In this document: positions 16,416 through 26,259 of the stretch, piece by piece
How the letters are laid out: every line of letters begins with the position of its first letter
How positions within the stretch are numbered: position 1 is the stretch's first letter
NCBI GenBank assembly: GCA_964589695.1
Contig: CAZPUI010000001.1
Coordinates: forward strand, 29,866 to 93,865
Reading direction: 5' to 3'
DNA length: 64,000 bases
Source of the DNA: an uncultured Solibacteraceae bacterium
GTDB taxonomy: Bacteria > Acidobacteriota > Holophagae > Holophagales > Holophagaceae
Notes under the pieces: model-generated
The model's database searches: none
What the model saw: the letters and a program-made list of their open reading frames with translations, nothing else
What the model was told of the DNA's origin: nothing
Made by a program: the position numbers and the translations under genes

Positions 16416-17749
16416 CACGCACCGCCCTTGTGGTAGGTCATCGTTCCGCCGAGGGCATCCTGGATCACGAGGCCAACCTTTGCGATGAGGGCTGCCATGA
16501 AGGCCAGGATCGTCATGGAGAGCATGGGAATGCCGTAGCTCACAGCAGTCCCTGAGGCGGACATGATCGAGTTGGCACCTCCGGCCGCCAGTTTGCTCCT
16601 CACCATCGCCTTGTACTTGATGGGATCCGGAGCCCCCTTCTGGATCGCCGCCATCTCGGCGTAGACCAGGCGGGCCCTGGATTTCAGCACACTGCCTGGA
16701 TCCTGGTTGGCCAACATATTGGTGGTCGCGGTGGCCACGATCTCCCGCACCTTCTCGGCCTGGAGCAGGTTGGCGGTCGTGACCGCGATGACCTTCAACG
16801 TGATCGCGCAAACAAGGAGGTGCTTCACGATCTGGACGAGAATCCCGGTGGTGGACTCGAAATACGCCAGGACCAGCGCGAGAGGCAGGCAGAAGAGTGC
16901 GATCTTGTAAGAGATGCCGACGTAGAGGACATTCAGCCAGAGCATCCGTGCGATCACCACGTCCGCGAAGAAGTAGGTGAACGTGATGATGAGGCTGGTC
17001 CCCAGGTTCACCAGACCATTCCCCAGCATGGCCATCCCGGTCATGGCGTCGTTGAACCACTGGGTCAGGAGGTTCCCGCCGTTCGATGGGGTCCCCGTTT
17101 GGCTTCCGGGAACGAGAGCCATCTCCTTCAGGACCTCGTCGGCGGCTTTGGCGGCCAGGGCCTTCATCGCGTCATCTCGGGTGCCATTCACGAGACTGAA
17201 CACGCTGAGGTCGCGGCTGGCGGTGGTGATGGCCGTACCCGCGAGGTTGATCATGGTCTCCGGCTGGAGGATGGGAAGGGCCACGGACTCGGACACCCAT
17301 TCGTCGGCCGCGTCTTCCCCCACCCCAGGAATCCGGTAGGTGGGCTCGTAGTTCGGGTCGTACTTGAAATACTCGAACGGCTTCCCGAAGTTCACGTAGA
17401 CCTGGTCGGGGATGAGGGCAATCGGGTAGTCCTCGCCAGCCTTGGTGATCAGGATCCCGTAGGCTCCAGCTCCAAGGAAACAAAAGATCATGGCTCTCAA
17501 ACCCCGTTTGACCAGTTCAGGGGACAGGAAGATGAGCAGGTTCTGCTCCCGGACGAAGTTGAGCACCATGCGCCCTAGCTCCAGGCTGAAGTGCAGCAAC
17601 ACCGCGGCGAACGCTCCGTAGAACAGGACATACATGAGCGGGTTTTGCGCGAAGGCGCCGTCCAGAACGCCCATGGCCTTCATTGCGACCTTCGCCATAG
17701 CCTTGGAGATCAGCAGGGCCGTGGACAGGCCGATGTTCAGCGGATTCAT
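16415..17749 (-). CDS. virB6: VirB6/TrbL-like polytopic membrane protein, paralog 2
   Basis: The true start MNPLNIGLSTALL... is at 17749 (ATGA overlap with the upstream stop at 17746). Multiple TM segments. The shared motif here reads VLAYFESTTGILVQIVKH. Confidence 0.75.
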   Translation of the reverse strand: MNPLNIGLSTALLISKAMAKVAMKAMGVLDGAFAQNPLMYVLFYGAFAAVLLHFSLELGRMVLNFVREQNLLIFLSPELVKRGLRAMIFCFLGAGAYGILITKAGEDYPIALIPDQVYVNFGKPFEYFKYDPNYEPTYRIPGVGEDAADEWVSESVALPILQPETMINLAGTAITTASRDLSVFSLVNGTRDDAMKALAAKAADEVLKEMALVPGSQTGTPSNGGNLLTQWFNDAMTGMAMLGNGLVNLGTSLIITFTYFFADVVIARMLWLNVLYVGISYKIALFCLPLALVLAYFESTTGILVQIVKHLLVCAITLKVIAVTTANLLQAEKVREIVATATTNMLANQDPGSVLKSRARLVYAEMAAIQKGAPDPIKYKAMVRSKLAAGGANSIMSASGTAVSYGIPMLSMTILAFMAALIAKVGLVIQDALGGTMTYHKGGA

Positions 17750-19050
17750 GTTTTCACCGTGGCAGCCTCGCGGCGCATAACATCGCTTGCATCGAAGCTG
17801 CCTTCGAGCGCGCCATTGATGACCTCGTGCAACTTCGCAATGAAGAGCACCATCACGCCGAGCACTGCGACCACGCGCATGACGGATTGGGCAACCCGGC
17901 TCGCGTTGCTCACGCTGGTCGTCGAAAATTTCTCCAGCCAGGTCGCCTCCTCGGCGGGGATGAGGTCCTGGAGTTGAAGTCCAATCCGCATCGCGAAGAG
18001 CTCTCCGGACGAGGGCTCCTCCTTGGCAGTGTTGCGGGCGAAGCGCGAATCCTTCAGTCCCATGGCGATGGCGGTCTTGACCTGCTGCTGGTCGAAGACC
18101 GCCGCGTAGACCGCCCCCATCATGTTGGCCAGGATCAGGAGCACCACCAGGTGGCGGACCATGGATACGGCAAAGCCCCGCAGGCTCGTGAAGTAGCTTA
18201 GCCCTGCTGCTGAGGGGATGAGGATCAGCGCCAGGAAGGTCGCGATCTTCACGTAGATCGAGAAGATGATCACGCCCTTCACCACAACCCACGAAAACCA
18301 GAAGTAGGCTGACCAGGCCAGGAACATAAAAAAGTAGTACCCAGCCATATTTCCGATGGTCGTCGGGATGACCTCAAGCATGCCCTTCATGGAGCCCTTG
18401 CCGTTCACGGCCGCATCCACCACAACACCAGCCACCGTTGCCAGTTTCCGGGCGCTTTCCAGCAGGCCGCCCTTCACCTGGGAGGTTCCGGAATCGGGGG
18501 AGATCCTCGCCTTGCGTCGCTCCCAAAGTGAGCGCATTCGCGGGTCTGATTCCGCGAGCTTCTCGTAGATCTGGTTCCGCCGCCGATCTGCGGCCTCGTT
18601 CAGGAATTCCTCGTAAGCCATGACCGTGTCAACGGCGCGGACCGCCTTGATGGCGGATTTCGCTCCCGAATCGATCTGGGATGTCACCGCGGAGTAGCTC
18701 ACCCCACCGAATTCGCCGGTATCCACCTTCAAGCCTGCGGCCAAGGAGATCTGCCCCCAGGGCGCCAACAGCACCATCAGGGCATAGAAGAACACCACCT
18801 TGCCAATGGCCAGCATGTCCTCGGGCCGGACATGGCCACTGGCGTCATGGACCCAGTGGTTGATGGCCTCCATGACCTTCCAGACAAGCACGAAGGTCAG
18901 GACGAGCCCTACGGCCACCGTCAGGGTGTTCAGCCCACCGAGAAGGGTGCCATTCACCCCGGTCACCGCATTGGCCCTGAAGATCCCGCTGATGAAAAAC
19001 ACCACCTGATTGGCGATCTTGATGAGTTCGGCAAGTGCGTCGGCCATCAC
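17746..19050 (-). CDS. virB6: VirB6/TrbL-like polytopic membrane protein, paralog 1
   Basis: 434 aa, GTG 19050 / ATG 19047, overlapping the upstream stop (19047..19049). Multiple TM segments. The shared motif here reads GLSYFTSLRGFAVSMVRH. Confidence 0.75.
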   Translation of the reverse strand: MMADALAELIKIANQVVFFISGIFRANAVTGVNGTLLGGLNTLTVAVGLVLTFVLVWKVMEAINHWVHDASGHVRPEDMLAIGKVVFFYALMVLLAPWGQISLAAGLKVDTGEFGGVSYSAVTSQIDSGAKSAIKAVRAVDTVMAYEEFLNEAADRRRNQIYEKLAESDPRMRSLWERRKARISPDSGTSQVKGGLLESARKLATVAGVVVDAAVNGKGSMKGMLEVIPTTIGNMAGYYFFMFLAWSAYFWFSWVVVKGVIIFSIYVKIATFLALILIPSAAGLSYFTSLRGFAVSMVRHLVVLLILANMMGAVYAAVFDQQQVKTAIAMGLKDSRFARNTAKEEPSSGELFAMRIGLQLQDLIPAEEATWLEKFSTTSVSNASRVAQSVMRVVAVLGVMVLFIAKLHEVINGALEGSFDASDVMRREAATVKT

Positions 19051-20636
19051 TGCCCCCTGAGGGTTTTCACCCGGGCGGCCAGGGCCTCTGGGGTCAAACC
19101 CGGATCGACCAGGTTCAGTCGCTCCAGGATCCGGCTCGACATCTCCTGGTAGTTCTCCAGCTTGCCTTGGGCGGCCTGGACATCGGCCGCCGCCCGCTGC
19201 ATCTGCTTCTTAAGGAGGATGAAGGCATCCGCTTGGCGGTTCTGTGCATCGTTCCTGATGCGACTGTGCAGGAGCTTCCGGATGGCGATGGCCTCGAGGT
19301 ATGCCGCGTAGGTGGCCTTGGCGTACTGCACGTTCGCCTTGTGGATGATCCGGGGGCCCGAATCCTCGCCCACATCCGGATTGTCGGCGAGGTTGTTCAA
19401 CAGGTCCCCGGAGAGCTCGCCGATGGTCTTGTAGGTGTTGAACACGCTGTCCAGGAAGCCGGTGTTCTCGGGAAGGGCCTGGTTCCGTCTCGCCTGCTCA
19501 CTCTCGCGTTCCTTCGTGACGTTGGTGGTGACAGCCAGTTCCGCCACCAAGCGGCGAATTCGCTTGGACTGGCCCTCGAACACACGGTCGGGCTGGTCGT
19601 ACCAGTACTGGATCTCGGTCTCCAGAGGGGCCACCATCATCGCCAGTTTGGCGGGGCTGGCGCTGTGAAGCTTGCGGAGTTCCGCGATTTCGCTGTTGAT
19701 CTGCTGGATGCGAGCTTCCGCGATGGTCTCCAGTCGCTTCTTGAGGAGCTTGGGACTCGGGCGATCGTCCTGGAGTTTCGCCGAATAGGTCAGACCGTCA
19801 TCCACCATGCTCCGACCCATGACGCCTTCGAACCAGGTCCGGTCCAGAAGTTCATTCGCATCCCTTCCCACCTGGATCAGCCCCTTGTCGATCGAGCCGT
19901 CGTAGGGGCTGGGACTGATGTTCAGGTCGATGTCTGAGAGTTTCGTAGGGCCCTTGTAGGCCAACCTGGGCGCGTCCCAGCTGCCGATGAAGGGGTTGTC
20001 AAGACCCAAGCGGCTGAGGATGTCGCCTCCGGATGCGCCGTTCTTGTAGGTCAGGCCTAGGTGCAGTTTCTCGGTGACGACCCCGAAATCATCGGTCTTG
20101 GTGGGCTCCCAACTGGGGAGCGTGTCCAGCAGATCGATCTGAAGCAGCGCGCCGTCCCAGGCCCGACTCATCACCTCGGCTTTCCGGTAGAGCTGATAGG
20201 CCTTGAGGGCACGCTGGAAGTTGGTCATGGCCTCCTTGCTCACGCCGAGCTGAGGAGCCAGGTCCTCCATCCAGTCATTCATCGAGTTGAGCCCTTCAGT
20301 TGCCCGCTTGGTGAGCTTCGTCATGTCCGCAGTGACATCTGCCAGCCCGCCGCTGATCCAGTCCATCGCGCGTCTGTACCAGGCTGCCTTGTTGGCCTTG
20401 GTCACTGCCCCGCCGAAATCGTTCCCCGCCACGGTGTTGTAGTAGTGATGGCCAGTGGAAAGGGGTATCACATCCCGCAGCACGTTCTGCGCGAATTCAA
20501 TGGTGGCGGTATCGGCAAAGGGACTTGTTGGATATCCGGTGAACGAGAAATGGCGATCCACCTTATTTTGGGCACAACCTGGTGAGCCTCCCGCTAGAAG
20601 CAGAAGTGCCGTCAGCATTGCTCGCAGGTATCCCAT
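19047..20636 (-). CDS. Secreted ~500-aa T4SS-associated protein, family member 5 (positionally VirB5/TrbJ-like)
   Basis: 529 aa. The signal peptide is MGYLRAMLTALLLLAGGSPGCAQ. The mid-protein motif RLAYKGPTKLSDIDLN resembles those in 24637..26259 and 26259..27701. The C-terminal half is helical-looking and rich in A/E/K/Q/R/L. Confidence 0.7.
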   Translation of the reverse strand: MGYLRAMLTALLLLAGGSPGCAQNKVDRHFSFTGYPTSPFADTATIEFAQNVLRDVIPLSTGHHYYNTVAGNDFGGAVTKANKAAWYRRAMDWISGGLADVTADMTKLTKRATEGLNSMNDWMEDLAPQLGVSKEAMTNFQRALKAYQLYRKAEVMSRAWDGALLQIDLLDTLPSWEPTKTDDFGVVTEKLHLGLTYKNGASGGDILSRLGLDNPFIGSWDAPRLAYKGPTKLSDIDLNISPSPYDGSIDKGLIQVGRDANELLDRTWFEGVMGRSMVDDGLTYSAKLQDDRPSPKLLKKRLETIAEARIQQINSEIAELRKLHSASPAKLAMMVAPLETEIQYWYDQPDRVFEGQSKRIRRLVAELAVTTNVTKERESEQARRNQALPENTGFLDSVFNTYKTIGELSGDLLNNLADNPDVGEDSGPRIIHKANVQYAKATYAAYLEAIAIRKLLHSRIRNDAQNRQADAFILLKKQMQRAAADVQAAQGKLENYQEMSSRILERLNLVDPGLTPEALAARVKTLRGQ

Positions 20637-20683
20637 GGCTGGCCTCGACCGACACAGGGGCCGGTGTGGTCAGGATGGGTCGT

Positions 20684-20696
20684 GCGGATTTTCTGG
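20684..20696 (-). promoter_or_regulatory. Element-wide upstream motif, copy 5 (sense CCAGAAAATCCGC)
   Basis: 48 nt upstream of ATG 20636. It lies in the divergent region shared with the XRE regulator gene. Confidence 0.65.
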
Positions 20697-20791
20697 ATTC
20701 TCTCCCCGCACAATGGCGGCCTGCAGGTGACAAGTGTCTTGAGTGCCTTCACGAGGGTCGTTATATGTTGGAAGTCACTGAGAGGAAACCC

Positions 20792-21511
20792 ATGGCGAGA
20801 CCAAGAAATACCTCGGTTCCAAAGGTACATTTGAAACCTGATGCTCTGCCTGACTGGGCCAAAAAGATGAAGGAATATCGGGAGAACGCCGGCTTCACAC
20901 AGGTGGATCTCGAAAAAGCAATGAACGCCCCTGCCAATACCCTAAGCTTGGTTGAACGGGGAAAGCGGCTGATCACTACTGTCGACCGAACCAAGTTTTT
21001 CGAGCTGATTGGACAGCACGAAGACCTCGAGATTCCCGTGAGAATCGTGAAGGAAGCGAAGGCCAAGCGGCCGGCGGTTCCCAAACAGATTAAGGCCTCG
21101 AAACCCAGCAAACCCGCATCCTTGAAAGGGCCAGCCAGGGCTTCCACGGGGCGGAAACCCAATGCCAAGGTCGAGCCAGTAACCCCTCAGGTGCCGGAAG
21201 CGGCGCTCCCCAGCCCGTCTTCGCCTGGGCCGACCGAGGTTGTGGCCCCTGAGCGTGCGGTCGCCCCTCCGGCGGTGGAACGGGTCCAGGACGCTCCCAA
21301 GACCGCCTCCCGGGCAAGGGCACAGAAGAGCATGGAAACCCAAGGGACTCCCACAACGCCAGCCAGCCCCTCGGGCCTCTCTCCGGTTAAGGACGCGGTG
21401 CTGCGCGATATCGCCCGCATCCTTGGCAATCCTGGCCTGAGCGATAGCCAAGCCAGAAACCTTCACGGGCTCTTCACCTCGCTGGCCGTAAACGCCCTGC
21501 TGGGGGGCTGA
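20792..21511 (+). CDS. XRE/Cro-C1 family helix-turn-helix regulator with a Pro/Ala/Ser-rich disordered C-terminal half
   Basis: The HTH is ...YRENAGFTQVDLEKAMNAPANTLSLVERGKR.... I chose start ATG 20792 (MARPRNTS), after GAGAGGAAA. The track's 20582 start would overlap the divergent gene. It is the only + strand gene inside the virB block. Confidence 0.7.
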   Translation: MARPRNTSVPKVHLKPDALPDWAKKMKEYRENAGFTQVDLEKAMNAPANTLSLVERGKRLITTVDRTKFFELIGQHEDLEIPVRIVKEAKAKRPAVPKQIKASKPSKPASLKGPARASTGRKPNAKVEPVTPQVPEAALPSPSSPGPTEVVAPERAVAPPAVERVQDAPKTASRARAQKSMETQGTPTTPASPSGLSPVKDAVLRDIARILGNPGLSDSQARNLHGLFTSLAVNALLGG

Positions 21512-21578
21512 ACTTTCAACCGAGGCTGTCCCGCCGTTTCGTGGTTTCGAGGGGGCCTTGGAAATGAGATACCTCTCT

Positions 21579-23096
21579 TCAGAACGGCACCGTCGTTGCC
21601 ATCTTCTGCCACGCCGACGCATCGATGGCCTGCTTCGCCGCATTCATCGCCTGCAGCTCCTGAATTCGCCGCTCACCCTGCAGCAGCGCCGTGAAGTACC
21701 ACGCGATGTCCTCCTTGGCATCCTTCACGACCTCCACACCCTTCGCCTGGGCCGCGAACTGGTTCTCCGCTGCCAGCATCTGTCGGATCCCATGGAGTTC
21801 CTCAGCCGTGAGGTGCCGGTACATCGCCTTGGTGAGGGCTGCCTGTGCCTCGGCAGCGGGACCACCAGATACGGCCTGAGGAGGCGCAACCTTCCCCTTC
21901 GACAACAGGGTGATGGCCTGCCAGATGATGTAGATCGCCCGGTCTACCTGCTCGTTCCCGGTGATTTCGGGTTCCTGCACCATGAAGGATGGATTCGACC
22001 AGGCCTTTTGGTATTTCTTGAACCGCTCGGAGAGCCTGGCGATGGTGATCCGCCGCTCCGAGGTTTCCAGCCTGCTCAGCACCTGGTGGACGATTTCGGC
22101 TTGTTGGACCCAGGGAGCATTGCGGGAGATCTCGACCCCGAGCGTTTCCGCTTTGGTCTTCTCGAGCTTTGCGATCTCGAGCTTGATGGCGTCTTGCATC
22201 TTCACGCGGTCCTGGACGTTCATGCTCGAGAAAGCCCTGCCCTCCTCGGAACTCGGATTCCTCAGGGCCGCATCAAGCCGGTTCCACTGGTCCTGCAGTG
22301 CCTGGATCCGCCGGTCGATCACCGCGGCTTTCTGGGTGGCCAGGGCTTTCGGGCTGAGCCGTCCCACGTTCATTTCCAGGTTGTTGTCCACCCCTATGTC
22401 CGACAGGAACCTGGCCGCTGAGACCGTCCCGTCGTAGAAGCCCGAGAGCAGCTGCTTCTGGATCTCGTCTTCGGCGAGGTTGTCGGCTCCCCAGACCGAA
22501 CCATCGATCTTGATGTCAGACCAGGAGCGGGGATACCTGATCTCCACCAGCTTCACGCTCCCCCGGGGCCGGTAGTACGGGTTGTCGCCCATCATCGAGG
22601 CGTTCGTTTTCCAGGTATTCGACCCATGCTTCGGCAGGAAGCCGACCATGATGCTACGCCCCGGCCCACCGCTTATGGAGTCGGGCTCCTGGATGATCAT
22701 GTTGGGGATGAATTTGCAGACGTTGATCCGCAGCTGGTACTCATCCAGGAAGCGGATCATCGCCTTCGCCTGCGCCACTAGCTCCGCGCCCTTCTGGATC
22801 TCGTTCATGAAGAGCAGCACCTTCTGGAAGCTGTCCCCTACCTTCGTAAAGAGATTCGCCCCCCCTGTGAACACCTGGGTGCGCCCAGAGGTGGCACCCG
22901 CGATATGGCTGCCGCCGGCCAGGACCCATCGCGCGTCGTGCTGAACGGCCCAGGCCATGTCACTGAAGGAAGGCGGCATCACGAGGGATCCACCGTTGAA
23001 GGTCGGCACCTGGTACCAAAGATCACTCGGATCGAACTGAGCCTGGAGCCGTGCCCCCGCCAGGATCAGGATGAGCGCCAGAAGGAGTTTCCGCAT
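21579..23096 (-). CDS. Secreted ~500-aa T4SS-associated protein, family member 4
   Basis: 505 aa. The signal peptide is MRKLLLALILILAGARLQAQ. It carries the motif GSVKLVEIRYPRSWSDIKIDG. The C-terminal half looks helical. Confidence 0.7.
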   Translation of the reverse strand: MRKLLLALILILAGARLQAQFDPSDLWYQVPTFNGGSLVMPPSFSDMAWAVQHDARWVLAGGSHIAGATSGRTQVFTGGANLFTKVGDSFQKVLLFMNEIQKGAELVAQAKAMIRFLDEYQLRINVCKFIPNMIIQEPDSISGGPGRSIMVGFLPKHGSNTWKTNASMMGDNPYYRPRGSVKLVEIRYPRSWSDIKIDGSVWGADNLAEDEIQKQLLSGFYDGTVSAARFLSDIGVDNNLEMNVGRLSPKALATQKAAVIDRRIQALQDQWNRLDAALRNPSSEEGRAFSSMNVQDRVKMQDAIKLEIAKLEKTKAETLGVEISRNAPWVQQAEIVHQVLSRLETSERRITIARLSERFKKYQKAWSNPSFMVQEPEITGNEQVDRAIYIIWQAITLLSKGKVAPPQAVSGGPAAEAQAALTKAMYRHLTAEELHGIRQMLAAENQFAAQAKGVEVVKDAKEDIAWYFTALLQGERRIQELQAMNAAKQAIDASAWQKMATTVPF

Positions 23097-23104
23097 GTCG
23101 CCAC

Positions 23105-24634
23105 CTACCGCATCGGGAAGAAGGATTCGTGGAGCAGCTTCCCGATCTGGCCGGGACTGAGCACCTGGCTTTCCGCCTGCTGGGCCCCCTGCAGGAGCTG
23201 CAGCCGCTTCCGGAGGCCATCCAGGCGCTCGGATGCCTCGCGGACATTCAGGAGCCCCTTGGCGATGCTGGGTGCGAGTTTGTCAGCGAACTCACGCTTG
23301 GCCTTCAGCGAGTAGATCTGCCGGATGGCCCGGAGCTCGTCCCGGATCATCTTGTTGACCGCGGCGTCGGTCGCTTCGAGCCTAAGTTCGGTGAGCTGCT
23401 CCTCACCCATGACGACGTCTGCGCTGCTTGAGGCGGAGGTGGCCATCATGTCCTCCACGTCCTTGATCCACTTCAGGTAGTCCTCGTTCTCCAGCGGCAG
23501 GGTGATGTTGTTCATGTCCGCTGCCAGTGCTTGAGCGGCCCAGACATCCGCACCCCGTCGTTCAACTCCGTCCTCCATGGTTCTCTGTTCGAGCTTTGCG
23601 ATGGCATTGAAAGCTGCTCGGTTCGCCGAAACCCAGGAGGCGCTCTCAGAAGGACCTATGATTTCCCGCATTCCCCGCCCGATCTCGCTCACGGCGTCAT
23701 TCCAGAAGTCGATGGACTCCTGGGTAAGCTGCCGGACTTCATCCCGCTGGGTGGCGACCGTCCACCGTCTGCCGCGGGTGTCGTTGTCGCCGTACCCGGC
23801 CACCTGGCGCTTGAGCATCGAGAGGCTGGTCATCAATTCATGCATGTTCCGCTGCAGGCGGTACATCACCACGCGCCCGGTCTGGTCATCCTTCATGTAG
23901 TGCGCCAGGGCCCCGTAGAAGGAAGGCTTCACGGCGAGGCTTGGCACCAGGCCCTTCAGGTTGGAGAGCTGCACCTTGTTTTCGAGGCGGTAGCGCGGGT
24001 CGCTGAAGTCGGTCAGCTGTTTGATATTCAAAAGGGCCCCATCGCTTGCGGGCATCACGCTCAGGGTCAGCAGCGGATCACTGGAGTCGTTTTCGTTGAT
24101 GACGCCGATCTTCGGGGCAAGTTTCCAGAGGTCGATGGTGATGTCCCCGCTCTTCAGGGCAAGCACCATGTTTCGATACCTCCCGTAGAGCTTGAGGCTC
24201 TGGTCCCCCACTTCGAGCCATTCCCAAAAAGACAGGGAGGACGGTGCCTTTCCTGTCAGGGGGCCCAGCAGCTTCTTGTTGGTCGCCTTCTCCTGCACCA
24301 GCACCGTCGAGCGTAGGACATTCGACCAGGCCACGCTCTTTCCGTACTCCACTGCGTTGTGGTACGAGGCGTTCTCTGTCAGAGATTGCCAGGGCGCCTT
24401 GCTGGCCGCCGGGATGTAGTAGTAGTCCGTACTCCATTTGCTCGTGGGCCGGGTACCCGGGATCGGGATGGTGATTTCCGGGATCAAGTAGATGCGGGGT
24501 TGGTACCAGGTGAGCCCATAGAAGGTGTAGTTCGGGCCAGGCCGTGTGCCATCAAGTATCGGAAACTGCGCCAGGGCCCTGGTGGCGGTGACCAGGCTGG
24601 CCACGAGGAGGAGGAATCGGAGCAAGCGCAGCAT
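23105..24634 (-). CDS. Secreted ~500-aa T4SS-associated protein, family member 3
   Basis: I chose start MLRLLRFLLLVASLVTATRALAQ at 24634, after GGAAGGTGA and 2 nt beyond the upstream stop. The C-terminal half looks helical. It is the most divergent of the five. Confidence 0.65.
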   Translation of the reverse strand: MLRLLRFLLLVASLVTATRALAQFPILDGTRPGPNYTFYGLTWYQPRIYLIPEITIPIPGTRPTSKWSTDYYYIPAASKAPWQSLTENASYHNAVEYGKSVAWSNVLRSTVLVQEKATNKKLLGPLTGKAPSSLSFWEWLEVGDQSLKLYGRYRNMVLALKSGDITIDLWKLAPKIGVINENDSSDPLLTLSVMPASDGALLNIKQLTDFSDPRYRLENKVQLSNLKGLVPSLAVKPSFYGALAHYMKDDQTGRVVMYRLQRNMHELMTSLSMLKRQVAGYGDNDTRGRRWTVATQRDEVRQLTQESIDFWNDAVSEIGRGMREIIGPSESASWVSANRAAFNAIAKLEQRTMEDGVERRGADVWAAQALAADMNNITLPLENEDYLKWIKDVEDMMATSASSSADVVMGEEQLTELRLEATDAAVNKMIRDELRAIRQIYSLKAKREFADKLAPSIAKGLLNVREASERLDGLRKRLQLLQGAQQAESQVLSPGQIGKLLHESFFPMR

Positions 24635-24636
24635 GA

Positions 24637-26259
24637 TCACCTTCCGAGGATCTGGTTGTTCCGCCAAGCCTGGAGCCCCGCGGTACCCATCTTCAGCTTC
24701 GTCAGCGCCAACTCCCGCTCATGGGCCGCAAAGAGTGCCGCCTCATGGGCCTGGCTGGACTCGGGGTCATTCTCGATGCCCTTGGCAGCCACCTTCTCCA
24801 GTTCCAGGACGTAGAGGAGCTTTCGGCAGGCCCGCAGTTCCTCCCAGAAGTAGTAGCCGAACCGGACTGCAAACATCCGGGCTTGGTAATCGCGCATGGT
24901 GCGGTAGACATCGCTCGTAGGGTCAGCCTGGTCATCCGCGCTCTGGTTCGCATCCCCCTTCACAATGGCCGCCACGTCCCAGGGGAGTTCGATTGCGTTC
25001 AGGTAGGGAACAAGGGAGGGAAACCATTTACCCGTGAACTTCAGGAACTCCTTGATCTCATCCTGGGCCACCTGCCCATTCCACCCATTCACCATCTTCG
25101 CCCACTTGTCTTCCAGCTTCTTGATCTCCGCGGCCCTTTCCATATTCATCGTGAAGGCCACGGCGTTGTCTGCCTGGGCGGACAGCTGCTGGTAGAAGTT
25201 GGCACTCGCCTCCGCCTGGCGGTATGCCGCCTGGGCGTCCTCGATGTACCGAGCCGTCATGGCGCCGTATTCGGAGGCCACCACATTGATGGGTCGCGCC
25301 TCGAGGTAGGCCCGCAGAGCAATCAGGCTGTCGAAGGCCTGGTTGCGCTTGGCAGCCAGCTGTTTGAGCTTCTCGGCCAGGTTCCGCGGGGAATCTGCAT
25401 CCCGCATGGCTTCCCCCACGCGCTTCGAGACCATGGTCCGGATGGCAGCCAGACCCTCACCAGCCGCACGGGTGGCCCGGTCAGCAGCTTCCAGGAAATT
25501 GGCAATGTCCCCGCCCATGTTGCCGGACACCGGCACATAGGCTTCCTCGGCCTCGAGGTTCAAGTCCCCGAAGGACCGAGGTCCCTTGAAGGTAATGCGG
25601 GAACGGTTCTCCCCATCCCAGGTCGGATCGTCCTGGAAGTACTCAGTGACCTGGCGCCAGTTCGCCCGACCCCTGGGGACGATCCCGAGGCTCACCACTC
25701 CGAGGGGCTTCGAGACGACGGTCCACCTGGATCCCCCGGGCAGCGCAACCACGCCGTCCACATCAGGGACCATCGACGCCTCGTACTGCGTGAAATCGAT
25801 GTTTCGCATCATCTGCCAGGCGTTGATCTCGAACCGCATGCCTGCCAGGCAGCTCTTGAGGAGAGCCATCGTCCGCAAGGAGACGCGCGCCTTCTGGTAG
25901 ATGGTCAGCCCCTGGAACATCTTGGTGATAGTCGCCTGGTTGCCGCCAGCGGGCTGGGTGGCGAAGGGGTTCTTCGAGAAGCGCTTCACCCACTCCGGAG
26001 CGTGGTAGGTCCAGAACTTCGCTCCGTTGTCCGTAGACACACCAGTCTCCGGAGTGGGGACCTCGCTGGCGTTGTAGGTTGCATGTCCCACTACCTTGGC
26101 TGCAATGGCAGGGCCGATCATCTTGAGGCCCATCTCGGCCTCTTTCTTCGCCCACTCCTTGTAAGTGATTGCGTCATCGGGATCCAGGACCCACGTGGTC
26201 TGGGCCCGGCCCTCCACCGGACAAAGGAAGAGCACCAGGAGAAACAGCCACCACCGCAT
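24637..26259 (-). CDS. Secreted ~500-aa T4SS-associated protein, family member 2
   Basis: 540 aa. The signal peptide is MRWWLFLLVLFLCPVEGRAQ. It carries the motif SRITFKGPRSFGDLNLE. The start overlaps the upstream stop as TGATG at 26259. Confidence 0.7.
   Translation of the reverse strand: MRWWLFLLVLFLCPVEGRAQTTWVLDPDDAITYKEWAKKEAEMGLKMIGPAIAAKVVGHATYNASEVPTPETGVSTDNGAKFWTYHAPEWVKRFSKNPFATQPAGGNQATITKMFQGLTIYQKARVSLRTMALLKSCLAGMRFEINAWQMMRNIDFTQYEASMVPDVDGVVALPGGSRWTVVSKPLGVVSLGIVPRGRANWRQVTEYFQDDPTWDGENRSRITFKGPRSFGDLNLEAEEAYVPVSGNMGGDIANFLEAADRATRAAGEGLAAIRTMVSKRVGEAMRDADSPRNLAEKLKQLAAKRNQAFDSLIALRAYLEARPINVVASEYGAMTARYIEDAQAAYRQAEASANFYQQLSAQADNAVAFTMNMERAAEIKKLEDKWAKMVNGWNGQVAQDEIKEFLKFTGKWFPSLVPYLNAIELPWDVAAIVKGDANQSADDQADPTSDVYRTMRDYQARMFAVRFGYYFWEELRACRKLLYVLELEKVAAKGIENDPESSQAHEAALFAAHERELALTKLKMGTAGLQAWRNNQILGR

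Noticed and set aside
16416-17060. N-terminal extensions of the track ORFs 15276..17060 (594 aa) and 16415..18292 (625 aa).
   Set aside because: The extensions are Arg/Gly/His/Asp-rich and lie entirely inside the preceding virB6 paralog in another frame. Internal ATGs at 16415 and 17749 give ATGA/TGATG coupling and start directly with hydrophobic VirB6-like sequence.
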